From NCBI RefSeq assembly GCF_009914755.1, contig NC_060927.1: a DNA stretch of 64,000 nt; one strand, 5' to 3'. The stretch is from the human T2T-CHM13v2.0 reference genome, Homo sapiens. The position numbers were made by a program, and so were the translations under genes. Shown here one piece after another: positions 12,931-27,150 of the stretch (its first letter is position 1; the number at the start of each line of letters is the position of its first letter). The notes beneath the pieces are model-generated. The model did not search any database. It saw only the letters and a program-made list of their open reading frames with translations, and was not told where the DNA came from.

Positions 12931-15379
12931 TATCATAATCCTAGAAGACGTTATGCAGTTTGTATATATTTCATTTACTTATTAAAAAGGTATGTAGCCC
13001 CATGAGTGGCATTCATTAAGCATTCAATAAATTTCAGATATTATTACTTATGAATCAATTAGAATCACAAAACTATAGCATGGGACAGAAAAGTAGAGAT
13101 TATCTAGTTCAATCCTCTTATTCTACAAAAGAGAAAAAAAGTTAGAGAAAGGAAATGACCTGCCAAAGAGGACAGGGGACGCAGCTACCGATCCCACTGC
13201 AGGCTTTTTTCCAGGTCAACCCCCACCATGACTAGTGGACAGTAGACGGAGTGGACAATTTTTAGGTTGGTGAGGATGCAGAGGGCAGAGGAAAACAATG
13301 CATAGAAGACACTGTAAAGTGGATCCCACAGAGAACAGAAGGACAGACATAGAAAGGACACAGTGGAGAAGGTTTCCAATAACTCACAGGCATAAGAGAA
13401 GCCTCCAAGAAATCAAATTCTGATGATAAAAATTAGGATAAGGAGGAGAAAAATGACGGGCCACTAAAAAACTCGACATAGAAATGCACGGAGTTTTGCA
13501 AAGAGCTTAAGGCCATAAAGTGTTACAGTGTCTGTGAACTTGTCCCTGAGCTAAAGACCAGGGGCATCTTAAGTGCACTATCATCCCAAAAGCCTGGACC
13601 TATTTATCACCTGCAGGTCCTCCCAGGTTATTTAGGATGGGTCCAACAAAGAATTCTTATTGGGCAGCTCCTGACACCACAACTCTTACTAGTGCTCCTG
13701 CTAAATACGCAGCATTGGGATTTCATCTCTCTTGAGGTCCCAAGAGCCCTAATTCATTAAGGAAAGTATAGATAACCATTGGTGGCAGCAGTGAGAGAAG
13801 GAGTCTTGGACAAAGCCAAAGAGAGAAGCCCAATACAGAACTGCCATCTCTGTGTCATGAAGAAGGGATGGTAGTGCTAACTCATGCTGTCTGCGCTTTT
13901 TTTTTTTTTTTTTACCATAAATGGAACATTTGCCTGGAATGCAAATTCACAGATACAAAACCCAGAAGAAGGGGCTGGAATAAAAAGTGACAAGGTTCTG
14001 AAAATAAGGCACAGATTTAGACGGAAAGAGTGGTAAGGGCTTTATATTAATAACTTGCAGGTTGGCTTCCCTATGTAGCTCCTGCTCTGTTGAATTCTCC
14101 TGGAGGGTCCCTGGGTTGGCAGAGTCAGTCACAGCAAAGCAACTCCCCTGTGTTTTGCTATATCATGGGCTTTGAATGTCATATGAGGTTATAGAGGGCA
14201 AAGGGGCCCCCATCCCATTGCAAAAAGAACCTGCTCTATGATGGGAAAAGGGTCCCAAAGTCAATGACAGATACGAACAAGGGCCAAAGGGCAAATGCGT
14301 GCTAGGAAAAGAACATCTAAAAGGCTAGAGGGAAGACTAAGCAAAAATATCTCGGGCTATGAAATGGTCTTCAACTTCTAGCTAACAATATCGGCAACAG
14401 GGAGGGGAAAACCCCTCAGCATTTCCAGGGCTTTTGTCTCTCCCGTGAAAGAAATGATTTTGTATCTGGCCTGTGTAGTATGCACTTGGTATGGTGCTGG
14501 CAATGGTTGAAGGCAAAAGAAATTGGAACATGGATTGTGCCCTCAAGAATTTAAAGACTTTAAACCTTTTAGGTCTTCAAGTGCTAGTCCACAGTGCTCC
14601 TCTTAGGGGACCACTTAGCAGAATTCAACAGAGCTAACTAGCTAAATTGTATGCCATTTTCTCAGAGTCCTGGGAGAGGTCAGTGTAGAAGAAAATCACA
14701 CCATTTCTCAATTGTGATGGCTCCTGGAATCCCCTATGAGTGTCCAAGAAGATGATGGGAAGAACCACAGTTTCCAAATGTTGGAGCTTGAATGTTACAG
14801 CTGGAATTCTTTCAGCTACCTAGAGTCTTTCCATCCCTGGCCCTTATAGCATTCTCACACTGCCCATATCCACAGATTCACCACTGGGCCCACATGTGGC
14901 CAGGGCATCTTCCTAGTACTACACTCCAGGCAGTGACACTCAGTGAACAGGATTTGCAACAAGAGATGCCTTCGCTGGCTAGTCCCCACTTTTTAAATAT
15001 CAGTTACAAGCAGAGACAAGAATAGAGTTCAAGTCCTATGGTGCCCAGCTCAATGCCTTTATACCTTCCTTCTGCTTCTTCTTTCTCTGGGCTGCTGGAG
15101 ACCCTCACTTGCTTTACTTGTGCAACATCTTTTAACAGCCCTTAGAGCCCAGATGGGGGTTCAATTCACAGGATGCCCAAAGCTAGTTTTCTCAGCGAAG
15201 AGTAAAAGGATAATTTGAGAGGTGCACAAGTCCGCTTGCCTGACAGTATAGATCCTGGCAAGCTCCCCTGATGGGAATTGTGACTGTCCTAGTTTTTATC
15301 CTCCAGCTTGAATACCATTCAGATGCTTATGTGTGAACGTATCAGCCCATCATGAGCAGAAGTTAGTGCATCTATTTAA

Positions 15380-15665
15380 GGAGGCGTAGAGTAGTGGGAA
15401 GAATAAGGTCTTCAGAGTCAGCTAGAGCTGAGTGGTAACTTTTCTTCTCCTAGCGATGAAAGGGAAGTCTAGCTAGTCGGTGTGACCTTGCACAGGCTGG
15501 GTGGCCTCTCTAAGGCACAGTGCCTTTCTAGTAGAAATGAGACTAATAATACACACCTGAAAAACTTGTGAGAGCAAATGAGATATAAAAGGAAAGTGCC
15601 TCCTCCTCTATTGACTACATCATAGTAGGTGATCAATAAATGGTGGCTATCATTATCGTAATTGT
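15380..15665 (+). mobile_element. MIR SINE
   Basis: gtagagtagtgggaagaataaggtcttcagagtcag...tgtgaccttgcacagg...gtaggtgatcaataaatggtggctatcatt. Confidence 0.7.
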
Positions 15666-16804
15666 TTTTCTCAAGATCACTGAAGACAGAAGCATCTCTG
15701 AGGCAGTAGGACACAGGTAAGTGATGTTTTAAAAGGGGAGAATGGGGAACCAGGCTGCCCACCTGACATCTTAGGTGGTGGACCCCCGGGGGAGAGGGAA
15801 ATGCAGAAAACCAGAGAGCTCATTAAAAGTATTACCACTAGAGACACAGCCAGGCACAGCCTAATCGGCCTGGAATGAGAATGACACCAGGTGACCGAGC
15901 AACTGCAGATGCTGAGGGAAAAACCCAGCCTGGCAGGCAATGGAGAGTATTCAAAGGGCAGAGCAAAAAAAAAATGAGTCATGGAACAAGCAAGCAGCAG
16001 GCACCTGGGATTCTGAGTGGGGGTGGAAACTTGTCCAGAATCTTGGAAGGGAATCCAGGAGGCAGTCCACACATGGGGAGTCTCCAGGCAAGCCATGAGA
16101 TCCCAGGAACAGACTGGGCTTCAGGGTGACTCCAGCCCTGGGGAGGGATATTGTAAAATCTAATAAGGACCTCTGTCCCGGGGGCTCTCGTCAACAGGAT
16201 GGGTATTAGGTATTCTTTTAGCTACCAAGACCAGAGGCTGAAAGCAGCGTTGACTTACAGACTCATTGATATGGGACAGTTAGCTCCTAGATGTGGAGAA
16301 AGAGGAGGGAGGGTGTTGAAACTAGGAAGGGTCAGAAATGCATAGAAAGAACTTGAAGGCCAGAAAAACCCAAGTTAAAAACCATATCGGTGTTTTGTCT
16401 TAGGAACTGAGAGACCTTGGCAATCCTGAACTTTTCAAAGCCTTCATTTGTTTTTCTATAAAGTGGGTATAAGAGCTAGCCAATAGCATCATTGTGGAGA
16501 TAAAATTAAAGTAAGGCATTTTTCTTTACAACTCTACCTAAAGCTAACTCAGATATAAACTCTTATCCACATCTTAATAACTACATAGACAAACATATAA
16601 AATATGATAATATAGAAAACATTATAGCTATAACATATTCAACAATAGACTATAGATGATGCTAACATCTCATACATGTGTATATCACTTTTCCACTGGT
16701 AGAGTCTTTTCATATCCATTGTCTGGCTTGCTCTTCACAATATTAGGTGGTCAGAATCATAACACACTGGAAACAGTAAAATGTTTGGCAAATGGAAAAA
16801 TGTT

Positions 16805-18088
16805 TGTATTGATCATGTTTTTTATTTTTCCATATTTTATGACGCTTCGACATCTTGGGGCATTGTGAATGCAGGGAAGGGCTCCCCCTCCCATAGTAAG
16901 CTAATTCCTAGAGGTAACAGACAACTTCCCCGAGAGCATGCCTTTCATATGCAAACCAGCCATAACTGCAACCACCTCCTTTATCTAATTCTCATACACC
17001 AAGCCAATGTTACCCCTGCTCTAAATCATTTGAGGACCAGATACTGGAAAACTAGGGGCCACCCCTATAGCCCAGAGCCCACCAAAATTATTCAAACTAT
17101 TCAATCCTAAACTTGCTTAGCTTGCCTACTTCACCTTACCCTTTCCTTACCATGAAAACTATCTTGCCTATGTTTTTCCCCACTCCTACTGCCTCCTGAC
17201 TGACCCTGGTAACTCCCCCGTTGGCCCTGTGTGGTTTTCTTACTGTAGGTAGCTAGTTGGACATAAACAGGGCAAGAGAGCCCCTGCCAAAACCAGGAAT
17301 GTCAGGTGACCATCAAGTGATGGTCAGGTGGTTGTTAACTCTCTCTCTAAAATAATAACAGCTGCTACTAGGCAAAGGCAGTCTCCCAATAGATAGGGAA
17401 AACCTGAAACTGGTGATCAGTAACTTCCAGATAAGATCTCAGGAGTTGGGTGAATGGGCTCACACATGCACACTAAGAGGCAAAATGGTGGAGTTTAACT
17501 GGTATATGATCTCCTAGGACATTCGGCTGGTAAGGGAAGAACGCCTCAAGTGAGCATGCGTACAACTCCAGTAAACACACTGAGCAGGCTCTCCTTCCAA
17601 GTGCTAGCAGGGCACTGTGCATGCGGGCAGCCCACCCCAAGGGAAGAATCAGGGGAGAAGGAACACAAGACCTTGGGAGTATACCAAGTCAAACCCTAAG
17701 TCAAAAGGTCAAACCACGCACGTGATCTCTCAAGTCACCCGCTTGGCCCTCTTCTAAATGTACTTTACTTTCTTTGCATTCCGCTCTAAAGCTTTTTAAT
17801 AAAGTTTCACTCCTGCTCTAAAACTTGCCTCCGTCTCTCCCTCTCCCTTATGCCTCTCAGTCGAATTCTTTCCTCCTAGGAGGCAAGGCCTACTGGAGAC
17901 CTATACAGGAAAAAAGACCTACTGCAGACCTGCATGGATTTGCCACCAGTAACAGTGTGGCATGGTGTGGCGTGCCCCTTCCTCTTGGGAACTGTACGTA
18001 ACACACTCTCTTTTCAATGGCAGTTGTCTCCTGATCTATGGCCTCACTACACCTGAGTAAAAACAAAATCTCAGGTACATTTTAGACG
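16805..18088 (+). mobile_element. MER74 (MER74A-like) ERVL solo LTR, split by MER50
   Basis: tgtattgatcatgttttttatttt start, catatgcaaaccagcc, attattcaaact; resumes at 17955 (tggcgtgccccttcctcttgggaactgt) and runs to tacattttagac. Confidence 0.8.
17238..17954 (+). mobile_element. MER50 ERV1 solo LTR nested in MER74
   Basis: gtaggtagctag...ccaggaatgtcaggtgaccatca...gataagatctcaggagttggg; AATAAA 17798-17803; ends agtaaca. Confidence 0.85.
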
Positions 18089-19149
18089 TTTAGACATTTA
18101 TTTGCCATGTTAATTCAAATATGGTAAATAACCCTTACAAAGAATGAAATAGAGGCATTGTATCAAATTAAAATGAAAAGACTTCCTCAACATGTCAAGT
18201 GGAAAAAAGGTCACAGGAAAAAACTTACAGTGTGTTCTCATTTATGGAAAAAGTTATTTGTTTATGTACATTCATATACGTACTTATGTGTGTACAGCAA
18301 GGAGAATTAAGGATCCATACTCATCTACTGGCTGTGGCTACACCTGGAACAGGATGGCTGAGGCAGGTGGGAGAAGGATGTTGAAGAAAGACTTTCTATT
18401 TTTCTCCTGCATAGTACATATTATCTGAAACTCTTAAACAAAATTGGATTTATGCATTACTTACATAATGAAGATAGTAAAACTGATTATTCAGCATCCA
18501 ATTAACATGTACATAGTACAATCACATAAAATGAATATTATTTAATTAATAAATATTATTTGGATATTATCAGACCAATTATTTCCACCAAAGGGAAACT
18601 AGGAATTACCAGCTCTTGACCAAAATGGGGCTTTTTAAGCTTCTAATCAGCTCCGAAGAACTATTAGAGAAGGGCTTATGGTTGGAACACAAAGCTTTCA
18701 AAAAGGCATTTATCATCATTATCGCCCCATCCCCTAATATGAAATGATTCATTTTCCTGTATCCATAGTTTGCAAGGGACTTTTGAATTAAATCTTAAAA
18801 GCTAAATTGTTCTGGAATCTGTCTGGACCTAACACTCAATGCCAATAAAGAACCTCAGGGTAATTTGTTTTCCTCTATAATTTCAAAGTGGATCAATACA
18901 AGAGTCTTTTATTGCTGCTGTGGCTTCCATAACCCTTGATGGTGAATCATTACAGAAGGAGAAGTCTGAGATCCATAGATGAGAGGTGGTCAGACTCCAT
19001 TTTTCATGTGGTTTCTGTGGTTTCCAATGAGTTTGGGACAGAGAAGAAAAGCTAGTTTCATACTGTGTAGCCCAGCTAGCTGAGGGTCTGGGCTGCTGAG
19101 AATGAGAGAGAAAGAAAAAGATTATGGCTCAATAATACTGCAAAGGGTA

Positions 19150-19360
19150 AGATACAGGCTCTGAGGTCCGACTAGGATTCAATCCCAACTCTCCCTTTCT
19201 TGGATGTGTGGCCTTGGGCAAGTCATTCACCTCTTTAAGCCATTGTTTTCTCATCGGTATAAGGATAACAATGTTTTCCACCCCATACAGTTATTACAGG
19301 GTGTCAGTGAGGTGGGTCAAGCTCCTGGTATATTATTAGTGCTCAGTACACATTAATTGT
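19150..19360 (+). mobile_element. MIR SINE
   Basis: tgtgtggccttgggcaagtcattcacctctttaagccattgttttctcatc. Confidence 0.8.
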
Positions 19361-20098
19361 TTTATATATATTTGAGAGAGTAGAAACTTAGTTTTATAGA
19401 AATTGTGCCTTCAATTTCAAATAAGTACATATTAAACACCAACTACATGGTAGTCTTAATCTCTGCTCGAAGAAAGCTTACAGTCTATTTGACAAGGTCA
19501 AACATATTCCTGTAAGAACTTACATAACCATACAAGGTTTATCCAGCAATCTGGGGCAAAAACAATCCACTGGGTCACTCCAAATGAATTGTCTTGATAA
19601 TAAAGGCAATTGGATCTCAAAGAAGGTTTATAGACCTTCATAAATTGCTTTACCAAAGGTTTCATAAAGGAGTTGGGATTTGACCTAGGACTTAGATCAG
19701 GCTTGTTTGAACCGAGAGCAGGGTAGGAGGCATTTTATAATAGGTGGGATGACAGCATGAGTGAAAACATGGTGTATCCAGAGGGTGCTCAAAGCAAAAA
19801 GTAAACAATTTGATGTGGAGAATAGGTTTTGAAATAATTAGCTCATAGATTCCAAACTGATTGGGAATACTCCAAAATTAACCATGTTTTGGTTTTCAAA
19901 GACTTCAATCTTATTCAAATCAATTCTGAAGCCTTCCTGTGTTTTTTATCATGTCTTAGACACCTGTTACAGCTGAGTATGCATTCAAGCAGAGTTGTGA
20001 AGTCTCTAATATCTAGACTCACTCAGATGGGGACCAACACTAACCAGGTGAAATAAAATCCAGTATCTAATGCATCGTTGCAGAACATGGTCCTAATA

Positions 20099-20202
20099 TA
20101 GTGGTTCCTAATGTTAGTCATGGGGCCAGCATCATCATCATCATCATCATCATCAGCATCATCATCATCAGCAGCATCATCATCATCAGCATCATCAGCA
20201 TC

Positions 20203-20248
<46 letters not shown>

Positions 20249-20398
20249 CCATCATCATCAGCAGCATCATCTAGGAACTCATGAGAAATGTGAATTCTCA
20301 GGTCCCACCTAGACATACCAATTCAGAAAGCCTTGGGGTGGGGTACAATAATGTGTTTTACAAGCCCTGCAGGGAATCCTGATGCAGTTTATGACACT
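20099..20398 (+). mobile_element. MER5A (hAT-Charlie MITE) with an internal triplet expansion
   Basis: tagtggttc start; ggaactcatgagaaatgtgaattctcaggtcccac...tgtgttttacaagccctgcagggaatcctgatgca matches MER5A. Confidence 0.85.
20127..20270. repeat. Interrupted (CAT)n trinucleotide repeat, 48 triplets
   Basis: CAG(CAT)8CAG(CAT)4(CAG)2(CAT)4CAG(CAT)2CAG(CAT)5CAC(CAT)10CAC(CAT)3(CAG)2(CAT)2. Confidence 0.97.
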
Positions 20399-21279
20399 AA
20401 TACTATTGTCCAAATGTATTTCTTTCAAATACACAGATTTAATACGTGCATATTGGTTAGCACAGTAAAATGGTCCATTATTACTTGTGCAAAGGCTTGC
20501 AAGTTTCCCACCAGCCTCTATTTCAGAGTAAATTCTTAGAAGAAACAAACCCTAAGGAGACCTAAAATGAGATTTTTTTTCCATAACAGTAAGAAGAATT
20601 AAAAAAAAAAAGAAAAAATAATCAAGTGGTCATTTTAATAATGCAATTTTGCTTCTTGTAATGTGGCTTAATAGAATCACCATGGAGAATTTTTAAAAGA
20701 ATAGCCTGTGCAATTGGAGCTTTATTGGCTTTTTGCTGGAAATGCGTTGGCTATAGATGGGCCAGATCCCATTAACAAACTTAATCTGGAGCCCACAGGA
20801 GCCTTCTGACAGAAATATCCTGTTGTGGGGGTGGCAAAACGCACAAAAATTGATTTTAATTATTCAAACTCTAATTTCAAAGTCAATGATTGATGCTAGA
20901 GGGTTAAGATATTGCCAGTTCATTCTATGTCTTTTTCTAAAATTTTCTTTTGAAAGGATGATTCTTAGCTGAGAACATCAAGACGTGAAAGAATAAAAAA
21001 TGAAGAAAATCAAAATTTAAAGAACCAGAAATAACCCCAAGTTTAGCAGGATCCCATTGTTAAAGCCCCACAGGGTAGTAGAGGAATCGCCCAAAGATCT
21101 CTCTTGCAACTCTTAGTACTAGGACTTAAAATATTTTCCACAAACGTCCTCCTGCTTGGATTGACTGCCTTGTTACATCTAAGCATCATTACATCTAAGC
21201 TGTTTAATACTTTGAAGAAAACTGTAAAGCCAGACATATAGGGGTCTGAGGAGTGCTCAGAGTTGAAGCTGAAGTCCTC

Positions 21280-21735
21280 ACAATGGCAAACCAGCCATGG
21301 CTCCTGACTATTTTTCTACTCATCAACTACCGTTCTCTACTTTTTTCACTCTCCTAGCCATGCTTCCCTACTATTCCTCAAGTTGCACACCAAATATACT
21401 GCCAACTATCAGTTCCTTTCACCTTTATATTCTTGTGGTTCTCTGCATCATTTCTTCCAGTCCTCTGTTAACATATCATCTTCTCAAACCACCTTTTCCT
21501 GATCTTCCTCGTATAAACCTCCAGCCTTCTCTATCCTCTGTACCTTATTTTATTTTCTTGACATATTACATAATTCACTTGATTTTTTTTTCTTTTGCAA
21601 TTTCTCTCTCCCCTAGAAACTCAATGAAGGCAAGGGCTCTGTATATTTTGTTGACCACTGTATTCCCAAGGTGTAGAATAGTGCCTGGTGCATGGCAGAC
21701 ATTCAATACATATTGATTAAATGAAAAAATGAATA
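21280..21735 (+). mobile_element. L2 3' end
   Basis: gaaggcaagggctctgtatattttgttgaccactgtattcccaaggtgtagaatagtgcctggtgcatggcagacattcaatacatattgattaaatgaa. Confidence 0.8.
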
Positions 21736-22277
21736 GTGAAGGAAAGACTGAGTGAAAAATTGTGACAGGAAAATCCAGATTTCAACTCGTCTGTTAGGGT
21801 AGACAAGAAAAAAAAAAGTCTATAGATATTTGCTCAGAAGTAAATCTTGCATCTTCATATAAAAATTGGCAGGATTTGCCACCATAAAATCTAATGCCCA
21901 TGCTGGCCACAATGCAGAGAAATGAACTTTAAAACACCTCAAATCCATCAAGGAAGTGGTCAGAGACAGCCCCTCCACTACCACCTACTGGAAACCATTT
22001 CTCTGCCTCTAGTTGATTCCTGGAACTGTACAGTGAGGGCCATGTGCCCAGAGGAACTGTAGAAAGAACTTCCCAAGGGGAGAGGATGCTACCTCTATTC
22101 CACTTTCTTGACACAAAGCCCTACACCTCGAGAGGAGAATTGACTATTGTGTGACATCCAAAGTGGCTCTTAAAAGAGACCAGGTGATTTGCCTGGATAT
22201 TGTCCTCATCTTGGAGGACAGGAAGGAAGATTCTTATCTTCTCTCCATGAAGAGGAGAACAGAGCTCACCTGAAACC

Positions 22278-22570
22278 CTGAGACTGGGTTCTAACCCTAA
22301 TTCCACCACCATCTAGCAGATGACTCTGGGCAAGTCACTTCTCTCTGAACATTAGTTTTCTCATATGTCAATGAGAATAATAAAACAGCTACCATATATT
22401 TGAGTACTTTATAATGCTGTACACTTTGAGCATGCCATCTGCTCTGGCCTTCACAAGAGTTCTTTGAAGAAGGCACTGAGGCCAGCAGAACTTAAGTAAT
22501 TTAAGATCACCCAAAGTGGCAGAACCTGGTTTTAAACTTAGATGGGTCAGAGTCCAAAACCCAAGCTCAG
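22278..22570. mobile_element. Two adjacent MIR fragments in opposite orientations
   Basis: Sense core gactctgggcaagtcacttctctctgaac, then antisense cactgaggccagcagaacttaagtaattt...gtggcagaacctgg. Confidence 0.6.
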
Positions 22571-23179
22571 AATGACAGCAGTATAGTACCTTTCTCATAG
22601 ACCTCAGAGATGGATAGGAGGAGCAAAGAACATCCTGAATAAAAAGGTATTTTGAAAATTAAAACACATTCCCATATACGGGATTTTATTAGTAACTGTG
22701 GGTTTCTGGGAGTCTGCAGTAGAGTTACACAAACGTGAGGTAGCCTGTTATTTTCCCTTTGAGAATTAGCACGGACCTTCCCCATTCAGCCTTCACAGAT
22801 TATTATCATTCTGATTACCTTCATTTAAAATCTCAGCATTTATTTACCCCTAGGTGGTTTAAAAATGGACTCAAAAGAGGCAATGAGCAACATCAGGAGG
22901 CAGGAGAGTGACTTCTGGCTCTGTCTTTCTCAGTAGCCTGCATATGCTATAGGCAAGTTGGACAAAAGGTGAAATATAGGCCACCACCTCACAGTAAAAT
23001 AGTCTTAGACAAACCTAACCCCCTAAGTCTCAGTTTCCTAATGTGCAAAATTGCAACAATAATATCCACTCCCTGATCTAAACTGAGGGATGAAAAGACG
23101 ATTGTCCTCAGAGCAAGTTTCAACAAATGGGAGTTGAGTGGGAGTGAGCAGTTTTGAGGGATGTATTACCCTTTCTTGG

Positions 23180-23354
23180 AGAGTCCCAAGAAGGACTGAG
23201 CCCTACTTGCTTGCATCAGAAACTGGCTCCTTTGTTGACTTTCCTCCTTGCCCCACTTTCCCCACTTCCTCACTGTGCTAACTGGGACAACCTCCCAAAT
23301 AAATTATGTGTACCGAAATCCATGCCTCCTGTTAGGATAACCCAAATTAACACA
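23180..23354 (+). mobile_element. LTR16/LTR33-type ERVL LTR 3' fragment
   Basis: cacttcctcactgtgctaactgggacaacctcccaaataaatta...aacccaaattaacaca. Confidence 0.55.
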
Positions 23355-23386
23355 ATTCTCAACTAAATTTGTGTTGAGTAATCAAG

Positions 23387-23990
23387 TGTGATAGGCAGAA
23401 TTCTAAGGTAGGCCTTAAGATTTCCCATCCCATGGAATACCTGCCCTGCACAATCCTCAAGACTGAATAGGATAGATTTTACTTCCAAAATGAGGTTCTA
23501 TCTTATGATATCGTTGACTTTAACATAGGGAGATTATTCAGGTGAGCCTAACCTAATCACATGAACCCAGCTGAGAGCTTGTCTCTGGCTGGCTGCACAA
23601 GAGGAAGTCAGAGAGATCTGATGCATGAGGAGGATTCCACATGTTCACCATTGCTGTCTTGTGGATGGACACAGGGCCACATAGCAAGGAATGCAGATGC
23701 CTCTAGGAACTGAGAGCTGACAGCTGGCAAAAAAAAAATAAAACTGGACCTCAGTCCGACAGCCACAAGGAACTGAATCATTCCAACAAGAATTAGCTTG
23801 GAACACATTTTTCCCCCAGAGCCTTCAGATGAGAATTCAGCCCAGCCAACACCTAGATTTCAGCCTTGCAATACCCTGAGCAGAGAACCCAGCTGAGCTC
23901 ACCTGAACTTCTCACTTACAGCATCATGAATAAATAAATAGGCATTGTTTTAAGCTGCTAAATTGTTACACAGCAACAAAAACTAATATA
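23387..23990 (+). mobile_element. MLT1E-type MaLR solo LTR
   Basis: tgtgataggcagaattctaag start, ttgttttaagctgctaaattgttacacagcaac...actaatata end; 5-bp TSD tcaag/ccaag. Confidence 0.88.
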
Positions 23991-24085
23991 CCAAGTAAAG
24001 AGATAAGTACCAAAATGTCTAGTCTAGTGAGAAAATCAGGTACTATCATTCAGGATAATTCAAATAACATTTGGAAAATAGTATG

Positions 24086-24256
24086 GTGTGTTTATACATA
24101 TTCCTTTCTTTATCGTTAAATTTTATTGTATATATTTAAGTTACACAACATGAGGTTTTGATATGTATATTGTGTGTTTATACATATTCCTTTCTTTATT
24201 GTTAAATTTTATGGTATATATTTAAGTTATACAACATGAGGTTTTGATATGTATAT
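24086..24256. repeat. Tandem duplication, 2 x 85 bp (period 86)
   Basis: 24086-24170 and 24172-24256 differ at 3 positions. Confidence 0.95.
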
Positions 24257-25250
24257 AGACAGTGAAATCATCACTATAGTCAAGTGAGTTAACATCCATC
24301 ATCCCACAGTTATCTGTTTTTTGGCATTGTGAGAACACCTAAATTCTACTCTTTTAGAAAAATCTTGAATACACTACAATATTGTTAACTATAGTATAGT
24401 CCTCCTGTTGTACCTGTGGTCTCCAGATCTGTTCATCTTACATGTCTGCCACTTTGACCTACATCTCTCCATTGCCTCCCACTGCCCACCTCCTCCATAA
24501 CCACATTTGATTGATTGAATCCCTAAAGATTCCACACGTGAGATCATGCAGCATTTTTCCCTTTGTGTTTGTCTTATTTCATTTAGCTTAATTTCTTCCA
24601 GGTTCATCCTTGTTGTGGAAAATGGCAAGATCTCAGTTCTTAAGGTTGAATAATTTTCCTTTTTGTAGATACCACAGTTTCTTTATCCATTTATCCATCA
24701 ATAGACACTCTGGTTGTTTCTATATCTTCGCTGTTGTGAATAATGCTGCAATGAACATGGGAATGCAGGTATCTCTTCAAGGTGGTGATATCACCTTCTT
24801 TGGGTATCTAACCAGAAGAGGGATTGCTGGGTCATATGATGATTCTATTTTTAATTTCTTCAGGAATCTTCCTACTGTTTCCCACAATGGCTACATCAAT
24901 CTACAATTTCACCAACAGTGTACAAGTGTTCCCTTTTCTCCACAACCTCGTCAAAACTTGTCATCTCTTGCCTTTATAACTGTCCTAACCGGTGTGAGGT
25001 GATATCTCCACATGGTTTTAATTTGCATTTCCCTGATGATTAGTAATATTGAGCACCTTTTCACATACCTGTTGATCGTTTTTATTCTTCTTTGGAAAAC
25101 TGTCTATACAGTATGTCTTCTTTTGAGAAACGTCTATTCAAGTTCTTTGCCCATTTTTTTAATCAAGTTGCTTTTCTGCTACTGAGTCATGTGGGTTCTT
25201 TATATACACTGGATATTAGCGCTTATCAGGTATAAGGTTTGCAAATATTC
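24190..25250 (-). mobile_element. L1MA (MA7-9-like) 3' end, 5'-truncated
   Basis: Antisense 3'UTR and ORF2 end: gctgttgtgaataatgctgcaatgaacatggga, ggttttaatttgcatttccctgatgattagt. Confidence 0.9.
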
Positions 25251-26279
25251 CCACTCTCTTAGCTAAAACAATTTTTAATATTTTTTTAGTTTTCAAAATC
25301 TAACTTCATCTCAAGTTATTCCATACCTCACATATTCCACTAAAAAGTGACATGACAATACAGATATTTCCAAACTGGATACCTAAACAATAATTCTTGA
25401 AGAGGTAATTCAAAAGAAGTTAAACCATGAAAATAACAATTTGAGGGAAAAGAAACTCCCCTCTTTACAGGTGCAAGGGTAGGCCGAATAGGTCCAATGA
25501 CATTATGTTTCTTAAGGCACCACCTTGCTATTAAATTATGATGTGACGTCTACATGAAGATGTCTACATAAGTTTAGGCAGGAATTTGTAGCCTGTCCAT
25601 TCATTCTGGATTTGCAGTAATCCCTGACTGCAGAGGTGCCAAGTACTGAATGGTTCCCTTCTCATCTTTTCCTACTTTGAAGGGTCAAAGCTGACACCCC
25701 GACTCACCAAAATGGTGTATATGTTAATGAAGTCAGACATACTTTCTGTTGCAACAGGTCCCCAAACTACTCAGGCATGATGCAGTGAGGAACAATGCTA
25801 GGACCAAGGAATGTCAAGAGGCAGCAAAGATGAAAGATAACCACACAAATGAGGACTGATAAGAGCCACCAAACAAAGGCTAATTCCTATATGCTAAGCT
25901 CATGTCAACAAAGGAGCAATATACCAGATCACGAGAAGTGATTGCCACCCAGGGATTCCCTTTCACCCCACTGCTTCCATCATCCATGCTTGGGCTTGGC
26001 TACAGGTTTTAGTTTCAGTCTTGGAGATTTTACTGCCTTTAGACAGGGCTACACCCTCTGAATCATATGTTAGTGTGCAGAAGCACTTGGAAGGGAATCT
26101 AGGACTAAAGGCTGTTTCTCTCTTTCAGATGACATGACCGAGTTTCAGAGAGGGAAGAGACTTGCCTAAGACAACATGACAAGTGAGTGACAGTGAAGTC
26201 TGACTCCAGGTTCTGTTTGTTCCATTTAATAGATAATGACATTTCTTCTACTAGTTTTCTCCGACTTTTGGAAGCACAA

Positions 26280-27150
<871 letters not shown>

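Noticed and set aside
20023-20316. Poly-Asp 97-aa ORF
   Set aside because: A by-product of the (CAT)n repeat inside MER5A; no coding context.
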